Shown here piece after piece: positions 39,701-46,917 of a stretch of DNA of 64,000 nucleotides. The notes beneath the pieces were generated by a model. It was given only the letters and a program-made list of their open reading frames with translations, was not told the origin of the DNA and did no database searches. A program made the position numbers and the translations under genes. Location: contig JAFGEQ010000002.1 of NCBI GenBank assembly GCA_016931515.1, positions 26,278 through 90,277 of the forward strand, written 5' to 3'. Position 1 is the first letter of the stretch. Each line of letters starts with the position of its first letter. Origin of the DNA: a candidate division CSSED10-310 bacterium. GTDB lineage: Bacteria; CSSED10-310.

Positions 39701-41861
39701 CGTTTTTATTCAGAAGGGTTTGCTTGATGAAGCGAATAGTATTCTGAGTGCTTTGATACCGGGAACCCTTGTTGGAATCGAGATAACGCTGATAGGAAGA
39801 ATCTACCTGAACAAAGCTAGAATTGCAGAACGCAGGGGACAATTTTACCTGATGCTTCAACTGTTCACTGAGCTATTGAGTCAAGTACGGATCCAGAATC
39901 AAAGAATACTTACAGCTTTTTCACACCTGTATATCGCTCGCGTACACACACTTCTTGAGCAGTTGCCGCAAGCAAAATCAGCACTCGGCGAAGCCCGGAA
40001 AATTTTAGATAACTCTGACCTGTCTATTCCGGACTGCAACATCCTCGAAGCCACTATATATCTCATGCAGCACAATCCGAAAAAAGCCAGGAAATTGGCT
40101 ATGGAAGCCATAGATCAATCGAAAGAGAAGAACCTCATTCATCAACAGGCGGAAGCATCTCGGGTTTTGGGATTAATTGACCAGGCGGAAAATAATCAGG
40201 AAGGTGCGATCCTTCATTTTCAGACTGCACTGGCTTATTTTATATCTGATCAGGAGGAGTTTGAAGCGGCTCATATTCACCGTTTATTAGCGAAGGCTTA
40301 TTCTTTTTTATCCAAGCATGACCTTGCGAAGCAGGAAGACCAAGCTGCAGATGCCTTATTCAAAAAGTTATCTGCTTTCTACTATCTATCCGGTGATGCT
40401 GGTACGGAAAGCCCTCGACAAGAGAACGAACATCCGGATGTTATTGCTTCAATTTCTTCCGGCCTAGTCGTTCATCTCCTTCAATCCCTGTATTCGTTTG
40501 AAGCAGCTTGCAGTGCGATTCTTCATATCGTCTTACAGAGCGGTGGTTTTGATCAGGGCGCTGTCTTTCAGACCGGAAGCGGATCTGCCAATCTGTCTTT
40601 GATCGCTGACATATCAATGACAGCAGATGATCAGAAAACAGCACAAAAGCTTTGTAAAGCATGGATTCAAGAGTGTAACACTATACTGCCGGTATGTCGG
40701 ATGGAAGACAGTGCTTTGTTTCCGGATCAAGCTTCCGTGACGCAGGTGTGTTACTTGCCTGTTTTGATGGATAAATCTCTCGTGGCCATCATGTTTCTGA
40801 CGAGCAGGGATCCGATTCTTAAAAAGCGAGTTCGCTTATTCTCGGAACTTATTTCTATCGCATTCGAGATTATTCGAGACTTGGAAACAGCTCATATCAA
40901 TATAGATCACGAGGTGCCGGAGTCCAGAGTTCATTCATCAAAGCTGGTCGCAGAATCTGCTGAGATGAGCAGGATTAAAGTGGCACTTTATTCAATCGCA
41001 GCCTCCAAACTGCCTGTGCTGATCACAGGAGAAAGTGGTACTGGAAAGTCATTTCTTGCAGAATATATTCATAGGATAGCTTATCAAGGCAGGACAGCAC
41101 CAGCAGTAATTCAATGCAGTACGCTCAATTCTTCTTCCAAATCACAGGCACTTACCAGTGTGATAGATGGCATGCTTGCGACGGGATTTTCGACAACAAT
41201 AACCAGTAAAACCGTTATCATTGAAGATATTGATTTATTATCCTTAACGCAGCAGATGGAGCTGATTCCTATCTTACAACCCGATAGACGATATCCACTG
41301 CTACAGACAAATTTGCGATTTATTTTCACTACTGCCTGCAACATCAGGCAGTCCGTCCAGGAGAGCTCATTTTCCGAAGAGCTTTATCGACTGATCGCGG
41401 AAATTCAACTTAAAATGCCGAATCTTGCGAGCCGAAAAGAGGATATTCCTCAATTAGCCAGGGTATTCTTAGAAGAAGCCGTCGAATTAACACATAAAAA
41501 GTTTACATATTTTCATCCCGACACCCTGGATGCGTTGATGTCATATCCGTGGCCGGCTAATGTGATCGAGTTAAAGCATGCCCTTGAGACGGCGGTGCTT
41601 TTTGGTACACCTCCGGAGATCCATGTTCGGGATTTACCCAAAGAGATTCGATCTTACCTTGAGCGAGCTGGCATAATGGGTATTGATACACCGGTTTTGC
41701 GAAGTATTGAAGATATTGAAGAAGCGCACATTCGATCGATTCTTCATGGCACAAAGGGCAACAAGTTGCGAGCTTGCGAATTACTGGGAATTTCCAGACC
41801 CACGCTGGATCGAAAACTAGAAAAATTTGGCATCATCATTTCGAAAAAAAGGAAACGCTGA
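36726..41861 (+). CDS. Giant multi-domain regulator: degenerate Ser/Thr-kinase-like domain, P-loop (STAND/AAA-like) NTPase, TPR-like repeats, GAF-like domain, sigma-54-interaction AAA+ domain and C-terminal Fis-type HTH
   Basis: 1711 aa. The track start is a TTG; an alternative ATG lies 13 codons in. Kinase-fold motifs in residues ~20-285: catalytic loop IRHLFVNPDTILID, DCG in place of DFG, MSPE in place of APE, subdomain IX SDLYSFGTVIYQLLTG. P-loop VLVLVGDTGIGKSRLLEGV at ~aa 326. Sigma-54 AAA+ domain from ~aa 1400: Walker A GESGTGKS, second region of homology RFIFTT, SRKEDIP, WPANVIELKHALE. C-terminal HTH LRACELLGISRPTLDRKLEKFGI. Confidence 0.8.
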   Translation: MDYQANPNQRDNTMHLPKELHETYSISDDLGEDSLGKLLRVKNKSNDTMHLMRLMRISGNDRLLSAEMNSDLALWADLHYHSVSFIREFLDINDSHIAVIMDNRPGIRLSTVWNDMLRKVSDADTFIQEIGSGIEYMHLNGIRHLFVNPDTILIDTRDGSRAFYLTDCGLLEFLEWTTRFNLPKPDDFPALEFMSPEFVSGERSDLRSDLYSFGTVIYQLLTGINPFQSDTATATISAHLNRLINQPKDLNSEISDKLNMSVMKLLEKNPGYRPSSLIKHFGITFESDDSQEVHYSLLNSYSIDHPLPLQEIRSAFEKACNGSGSVLVLVGDTGIGKSRLLEGVESEFRLSGVNPIIIQAFPNSDTECGCGVLRSVFKALHHFYPKLEPDVIDQMYPPDFEKNYLQISDALFQEAVLQSCARHILKAIFDRIQGDQAVPCVVILKDCFFSDSIFWGFFRTLARLLSEKAIGNVPCLWLVETRDIESGFIRVKGNDAIKPIELVTCNRETVIKILASGFGLESVPEMLTDWVMELSEGNFQTIDQMITMLRYTGILSLKDDIYTINDNTWHTVRTHCKDLNQFTDYVIDHYMTPPMRLVLTHLSLWPHGCSLINLSLTMDLDTSTRKFFHWLLFSEWVRKTRVEGSFIYKIRYPVLQERFLRATPDYQKSRWHQRIADQLCDRQGALSTIVAEHYFSADNRLHGCEHALSAAMHYRDRQCLEKSRFWFTRILESMPERNRTKITQISFEYAKVLIADKDFSKAHVTLSQAESFLESRFHHKRDKADYLLLRGICSFHLEDNNQAVSFLLDALKMLPRTTAHEYRLKILFFLAQICEKLNDFEGLIVHFTNLQKLLPLRNYPFFAGRLLGIVERAYQELQQYTTAEFYLKESILFGETTGDHIFLLNQNLRLGQIYERTGKYRLASESYDRVIRLSRKYVHSRLLCDGLCHLANLHMLYSQQELAQGLLAEALQLSEKLNEQRLYVWSSFLLSSVFIQKGLLDEANSILSALIPGTLVGIEITLIGRIYLNKARIAERRGQFYLMLQLFTELLSQVRIQNQRILTAFSHLYIARVHTLLEQLPQAKSALGEARKILDNSDLSIPDCNILEATIYLMQHNPKKARKLAMEAIDQSKEKNLIHQQAEASRVLGLIDQAENNQEGAILHFQTALAYFISDQEEFEAAHIHRLLAKAYSFLSKHDLAKQEDQAADALFKKLSAFYYLSGDAGTESPRQENEHPDVIASISSGLVVHLLQSLYSFEAACSAILHIVLQSGGFDQGAVFQTGSGSANLSLIADISMTADDQKTAQKLCKAWIQECNTILPVCRMEDSALFPDQASVTQVCYLPVLMDKSLVAIMFLTSRDPILKKRVRLFSELISIAFEIIRDLETAHINIDHEVPESRVHSSKLVAESAEMSRIKVALYSIAASKLPVLITGESGTGKSFLAEYIHRIAYQGRTAPAVIQCSTLNSSSKSQALTSVIDGMLATGFSTTITSKTVIIEDIDLLSLTQQMELIPILQPDRRYPLLQTNLRFIFTTACNIRQSVQESSFSEELYRLIAEIQLKMPNLASRKEDIPQLARVFLEEAVELTHKKFTYFHPDTLDALMSYPWPANVIELKHALETAVLFGTPPEIHVRDLPKEIRSYLERAGIMGIDTPVLRSIEDIEEAHIRSILHGTKGNKLRACELLGISRPTLDRKLEKFGIIISKKRKR

Positions 41862-41936
41862 TTCCTTGACGTTTTGGAGAGCAAGACCTATGATCGTGAG
41901 GGATAGTGGTAGTGAGACCTGGTGGGACATAGATCA

Positions 41937-42776
41937 ATGAAAGTCACAGCATATGGGGCAACCGATTTGGGGATGCGGCGACCTGTTAATGAGGACAGTT
42001 TCCGGCTTTGTCCTGCTGTCCAGCTTTTCCTTGTGGCAGATGGGATGGGAGGCCACGCTGCTGGTCATGTGGCAAGCCGTATGGCGGTGAACGAAGTTGC
42101 GGAATTTATTGAATCGCACCTTTTGGGTGGAACTGATGATCGGGACGATGATTCGGATTATACTCAAATTCTAGTTGAGGCACTTCAAGCTGCCAATCAG
42201 TATATTATTACCGCAACACATCACCGAAAAGATCTCCGGGGAATGGGAACAACTCTAGTTGTAGTCTTGATTCGAGGAAGAAAACTATATGCTGCCAGTG
42301 TCGGAGACAGCCGGCTGTATTTAATTCGCCAGGAAGAAGTGAAACTGCTCACAACCGATCACTCGTGGGTTAATATGCAGGTGCAACTGGGCAATATGAC
42401 GTCGGAGGAATCACGGCTTCACCCGATGAGAAATGTAATCACTCGAGCGTTGGGAACACAATTACAGGTAGAAGTCGATACTCTTGTTCAGTTGCTCGAG
42501 GCGGGTGACTGCTTGGTTATGTGTACCGATGGTTTAAGCAATATGTTGAGTGATAAAGAGATTGCACTGAGTGTACTTCATCATGAGACTGATTTGAAGC
42601 AAGCAGTGGAAGAATTAATCCAACGTGCAAACATGCGGGGTGGGGATGACAATATCACCACTGTCGTTTTGAAAATCCAGGATGATATTGAATCCAATGA
42701 GCATTACGCTCAAGATACTGAAGTTATGTTTATACGTCCTATCAAACCCGGGAAAAACTCAACGGAACAGGATTGA
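41937..42776 (+). CDS. PP2C-family Ser/Thr protein phosphatase (Stp1/PrpC-like)
   Basis: Track ORF 41922..42776 with the likely ATG at ~41937 (MKVTAYGATDLGMRRPVNEDSF); metal-binding motifs LVADGMGGHAAG and DGLSNMLSD, and a DDNITTVV-like C-terminal block. Confidence 0.8.
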   Translation: MKVTAYGATDLGMRRPVNEDSFRLCPAVQLFLVADGMGGHAAGHVASRMAVNEVAEFIESHLLGGTDDRDDDSDYTQILVEALQAANQYIITATHHRKDLRGMGTTLVVVLIRGRKLYAASVGDSRLYLIRQEEVKLLTTDHSWVNMQVQLGNMTSEESRLHPMRNVITRALGTQLQVEVDTLVQLLEAGDCLVMCTDGLSNMLSDKEIALSVLHHETDLKQAVEELIQRANMRGGDDNITTVVLKIQDDIESNEHYAQDTEVMFIRPIKPGKNSTEQD

Positions 42777-43720
42777 TAATGATACGTTACCTTGTCACCG
42801 GAGCTGCCGGATTTATCGGTTCGCATCTGGTTGAATCACTTCTGACTTTACCGAATACCGAAATTATTGCGATTGATAATCTTATCACGGGCAATCTGAA
42901 CAATTTGAAACATCTGTTAAATCGCATTCATTTCATTCAAGACGATATCACCCATCCGGATGTTTTAAAGGAACTGATGGAGAACATTGATTTCGTCCTG
43001 CATCAGGCAGCTCTTCCATCCGTTCCACGATCCATTTCAGATCCTGATGCATGTAACAGACATAACATTACCGGAACTTTGCAAGTATTAATCGCAGCTC
43101 GTGATGCCAGGGTCAAGCGAGTCATATTTGCGTCATCTTCATCAGTCTATGGCTCAGATATCACTCTGCCTAAGCATGAATCGCTACCAACAATTCCCAA
43201 ATCACCCTATGCGTTAACAAAACTAACTGGAGAGCATTACTGCAGAATCTTTTATGAAGCCTATGGGCTTGAAACTGTTGCATTACGTTACTTCAATGTC
43301 TTTGGACCTCGGCAAAATGTGGCCTCGCAGTATTCCGCCGTCATCCCTCAGTTTATTTCGCATTTGCTTGCCGGAACTCCACCGGAAATCCATGGAGATG
43401 GAACACAATCTCGCGATTTCACATATATATCGAATATTGTTATGGCGAATCTGCAGGCGTGTACGGCGCCCGGGATAGCTGGCCAGGTGTTCAATGTCGG
43501 TTGTGGTTCGCATATTTCAATCAATGATCTTTATTCGATTATTGCCGATGAGATTGGCTCAGATCTGGAACCAATATATACACCACCCAGGATCGGAGAC
43601 GTCCGACATTCCTGCGCGGATATTACGAAAGCCCGCAATTTGATTGGATATGATCCAAGCGTAAGTGTTCGTGAAGGCTTGGCAATAACTGTCGATCATT
43701 ATGCAAACGTGTTCCGATAA
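42773..43720 (+). CDS. NAD-dependent epimerase/dehydratase (UDP-hexose or UDP-GlcNAc 4-epimerase, WbpP/Gne-like)
   Basis: 315 aa; Rossmann motif VTGAAGFIGSHLVESLL; catalytic YxxxK (YALTK); ATGA overlap with the PP2C stop. Confidence 0.75.
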   Translation: MIMIRYLVTGAAGFIGSHLVESLLTLPNTEIIAIDNLITGNLNNLKHLLNRIHFIQDDITHPDVLKELMENIDFVLHQAALPSVPRSISDPDACNRHNITGTLQVLIAARDARVKRVIFASSSSVYGSDITLPKHESLPTIPKSPYALTKLTGEHYCRIFYEAYGLETVALRYFNVFGPRQNVASQYSAVIPQFISHLLAGTPPEIHGDGTQSRDFTYISNIVMANLQACTAPGIAGQVFNVGCGSHISINDLYSIIADEIGSDLEPIYTPPRIGDVRHSCADITKARNLIGYDPSVSVREGLAITVDHYANVFR

Positions 43721-43725
43721 AGAGA

Positions 43726-45984
43726 ATGAGATCGAACTATCGATTTTTATATTTTGCTCCCTTACTGATCTGCATAATATTCAATGGATGCAGTGTCGAT
43801 CAGAGTGGGCAGGAAACGCAACCTGCGATTCGAGATTTAGTGGAGTCTTTTGATCCGTCCTGGTTGAACAGTGACCGGGAACGTTTTGTTTTCCACGATT
43901 TTCTGAATAAAAAACACCATTTGGGCAGCGGTTGGGAATTCGACGAAAACCAGGCCGAAACGCGTTTCCCCTGGCCTAGATTCACAATGGCCAGTGGCAT
44001 AATAGTATTGGATTGGAATCACCGAATGGAGCGTCGAATTACATTAAAACTGCTCAACATTGCATCAGATTACCCACCAGATATCATCGGCTTAAGCGTT
44101 AATGGCCAGGCTGTTCCTCTTATGGAAGATCACCTGCCATGCGGTGAATATGAGTTTTATGTTCCCTCATCCGTCCAAAAAACCGGGATCAATGAACTTC
44201 ATGTCAGTTTGAATCGTGACCGACTACCGCCTGATTTTGATATTCATTCGATTGGTTTGCACTCCATTCGTATTACGCTGGGAGCGGTTGTAAGAAATTC
44301 GATTCAAATAGGTGACCAAGTTCGAAGCAGTTTGCTTTTTGCTCCTCCGGTTGGGTTACGAATTCCCTATCAATCTGCCAAAAAACAGAATTTGCAATTC
44401 AGTTATGGATTATTCTCCTCTAACGAAAACAAGAACAAGTTTGTCTACTCATTAGAAGTGGCAATTTTTGAAAAAAATGGAGATCGTCCCGTTCTCGAAA
44501 GACGATTCCCTATCATTCGCAATCAGGAAACTTGTAGCAATTGGCAATTTGTAAAACAAAAGCTGCCCGTTATGGCAGATCAGGGAATACTGGAAATTAC
44601 ATTCTCTGCCGACGAGGAAATTACCGGACCAATCGATTATCTGGCACTCAGTGAAATTCTCATCGTTCCTGCGAATCAGAAAGGGGATCATGATACCAAT
44701 CTGATTCAACCCGATATCATATTGACAACACTCTCATCCGTGGCAGCCAGACAGTTAGGATCTTACGGTAACGCTTGTGCCAGAACACCGTTTTTAGATC
44801 GTTTTTCCCAACATGGATTAATTTTTATCGACGTCACATCAGCAAGCAACGGCGAAGTTCCCTCATTGTTATCAATTGCGACTGGAAAGTTGCCTCGCGA
44901 TCATGGCGCTTACCGAACTAATTCAATTACGAAGGATTTTCCATATATATTTGGAGATTTATTGACTGAGACGGATTATCAAAGTCACGCATTCGCGTTT
45001 ACAAATTCCGCAACCCAATCTGTTCTCTCTCGTCTTCCCGGTTTTAAACGCGTGTATTTCTCAAATCCCTCAAAGGATAGTCTGCAGAGCATCCGCGCGC
45101 AGTTAAACAGCATGCTGACATCACCCCACATCATTGCCCAACCTGGTTTTTTCTGGTTTCATTTCGCTCCCGAGACAGTCACCCCTGGGATGATAGATGG
45201 CATGTTCGACCTGACTGTATATAATAAAAACCATTTGCCAATCTCCGATCTGAATATTCCTCTCTCAGAGCAGGATCGTTTGTTCTCTCTTTCCCAAAAA
45301 ATTAACGCCAATGGGGATGTTCGTTCCCTATTAGGAAGCAACGACTATCGGTTGACGAATCTCGACAAAACTGTTTCGTCGGTTGTTCGTGACATAATAG
45401 ACCAACGATCATCAAGAGATGTCTCTATGATTGTTACGTCGGACAGCGGGATCATTCGAAGCTTGAATTCGAACGTTCTATCGAATGATTCTCTATCCCA
45501 GGAAGTTCTCCATGTCCCGTTAATCTGGAACGAGATCAGGAGCAATTCAGATCAGACTGAATACAGAAAGGGGATTGTCTCAACGGCCATAAGTAATCTG
45601 AAAATTTGTGAAATGATGGGGAAGCTCATGCGCAATGGTGATCTTAAAAGCATTTCTTGGAATGGATCTCCAGGATCAACAATCCGACCCATAATCGCCG
45701 AACATGATACACGTCCAATAATTGCATATCGAAAAGAGGAATTTAAGATGATTCACTGCTTGTCAAACCCATATTATCAAATCGCAACCACAAACCTGTT
45801 CAATCTGGATACCGACCCGGGAGAATCCATCAATTTAGCCGGGAGAGACCCTGAGTATACACAGCAATTTCTTGATCCTGTGTTGGCATTCTGCCGTGGA
45901 AGTTCTTTCTATCCGAGCCCACGAATGGGTTTGGAAGAAGAAACTCAAGCTATTCTGCAATCACTTAAATACACCGTCCAATGA
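43726..45984 (+). CDS. Lipoprotein with C-terminal sulfatase-like (alkaline-phosphatase superfamily) domain lacking the canonical CxPxR catalytic motif
   Basis: 752 aa; signal peptide and lipobox (FNGC). The region DIILTTLSSVAARQLGSYGNACARTPFLDRFSQHGLIF...GEVPSLLSIATGKLPRDHG aligns to the sulfatase N-terminal metal-binding and CxPSR...GRYP region, but the Cys/Ser and Arg are replaced. Confidence 0.45.
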   Translation: MRSNYRFLYFAPLLICIIFNGCSVDQSGQETQPAIRDLVESFDPSWLNSDRERFVFHDFLNKKHHLGSGWEFDENQAETRFPWPRFTMASGIIVLDWNHRMERRITLKLLNIASDYPPDIIGLSVNGQAVPLMEDHLPCGEYEFYVPSSVQKTGINELHVSLNRDRLPPDFDIHSIGLHSIRITLGAVVRNSIQIGDQVRSSLLFAPPVGLRIPYQSAKKQNLQFSYGLFSSNENKNKFVYSLEVAIFEKNGDRPVLERRFPIIRNQETCSNWQFVKQKLPVMADQGILEITFSADEEITGPIDYLALSEILIVPANQKGDHDTNLIQPDIILTTLSSVAARQLGSYGNACARTPFLDRFSQHGLIFIDVTSASNGEVPSLLSIATGKLPRDHGAYRTNSITKDFPYIFGDLLTETDYQSHAFAFTNSATQSVLSRLPGFKRVYFSNPSKDSLQSIRAQLNSMLTSPHIIAQPGFFWFHFAPETVTPGMIDGMFDLTVYNKNHLPISDLNIPLSEQDRLFSLSQKINANGDVRSLLGSNDYRLTNLDKTVSSVVRDIIDQRSSRDVSMIVTSDSGIIRSLNSNVLSNDSLSQEVLHVPLIWNEIRSNSDQTEYRKGIVSTAISNLKICEMMGKLMRNGDLKSISWNGSPGSTIRPIIAEHDTRPIIAYRKEEFKMIHCLSNPYYQIATTNLFNLDTDPGESINLAGRDPEYTQQFLDPVLAFCRGSSFYPSPRMGLEEETQAILQSLKYTVQ

Positions 45985-46147
45985 AATGCGGGGAAGATTC
46001 GGATAAAATGGACAGGAGAATGAGCAGGAACAGACAACTTAGAACCCTGAAATGGATAATAGGGTTACGTTCGAGAGACAGGGACTTTTCGTTTCACGAA
46101 GTCGGAATTAAAAAGACATCGCTGAAAGAAGATCAGGAAATTCTGCC

Positions 46148-46426
46148 ATGCACGACCAATTAACTGTAACTCAAGTCGGGTTTGTTTTTTTGTGTTTTTC
46201 GATAATCGCTTTTACAGCGTATATGAGGATTCTAATGTATCTCAACGCATTGGATGCCGGATTGGAAAATCCACCTGAAAGACCACACATGGGAGAAAAG
46301 CTACAGGCGTATAAAGCTTTCTGTGCGGAACGTGGGCGAAGACCCGTATTACTTTATATTTTCGCTGTTGGTGCGATCGGGGCGGTAATTTTCTGGCTGC
46401 CACTTCCGTGGTTGCTACTTCGATAA
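46148..46426 (+). CDS. Small two-TM membrane protein (hypothetical)
   Basis: 92 aa with two hydrophobic helices; ends 6 nt before the FHA gene start, so co-transcription is plausible. Confidence 0.3.
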   Translation: MHDQLTVTQVGFVFLCFSIIAFTAYMRILMYLNALDAGLENPPERPHMGEKLQAYKAFCAERGRRPVLLYIFAVGAIGAVIFWLPLPWLLLR

Positions 46427-46431
46427 AAATA

Positions 46432-46902
46432 ATGAATTTATCAGAAAAAGGCACACCGGTTCTTGAAGTTTACGATAGAGATACTCTGCTCGCTCGCATC
46501 CCGTTCATTCAGAAAGGCAAAAACTATCGCCTGGGAAGAGATCCATCGAATGATCTTGTGATTAGTCACGAACAGGTATCGCGATTTCATCTGTCGATAT
46601 ATCGCGGTTGGGATGATGTTCTTACGATCAGGGACACGGGTAGCCGGAATGGAGTCATTTTGAATGGGAAGCGTGTCTCCGGCCCATTTGAAGTCAGATC
46701 TGACGATGACATCCGGATTGGTCAATTAAAATGCTTGATAAAAGGAATCAAAACAAACCCGATACATTGTTTGCAGGAAAATGCCCTTCATTCATCAGAA
46801 AAGTCAGACAGAATCCCGTATTGTAAAAATCCTATTATATTATTAATCATAAGTGGCTTGTTTTTGGTCTCAACCATTGTGTTGATTGTGTCGTTAATCT
46901 AG
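46432..46902 (+). CDS. FHA-domain protein with C-terminal transmembrane anchor
   Basis: Track ORF 46408..46902 (GTG) with an ATG at ~46432. FHA core YRLGRDPSNDLVISHEQVSRFHLSIY...RDTGSRNGVILNGKRV; C-terminal helix ILLIISGLFLVSTIVLIVSLI. Confidence 0.7.
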   Translation: MNLSEKGTPVLEVYDRDTLLARIPFIQKGKNYRLGRDPSNDLVISHEQVSRFHLSIYRGWDDVLTIRDTGSRNGVILNGKRVSGPFEVRSDDDIRIGQLKCLIKGIKTNPIHCLQENALHSSEKSDRIPYCKNPIILLIISGLFLVSTIVLIVSLI

Positions 46903-46917
46903 CCTTTATCAGCTGGA

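Noticed and set aside
45981-46163. 60-aa ORF between the sulfatase-like gene and the small membrane-protein gene
   Set aside because: It overlaps the preceding stop and the following start, is highly charged with no RBS, and is more likely non-coding spacer.
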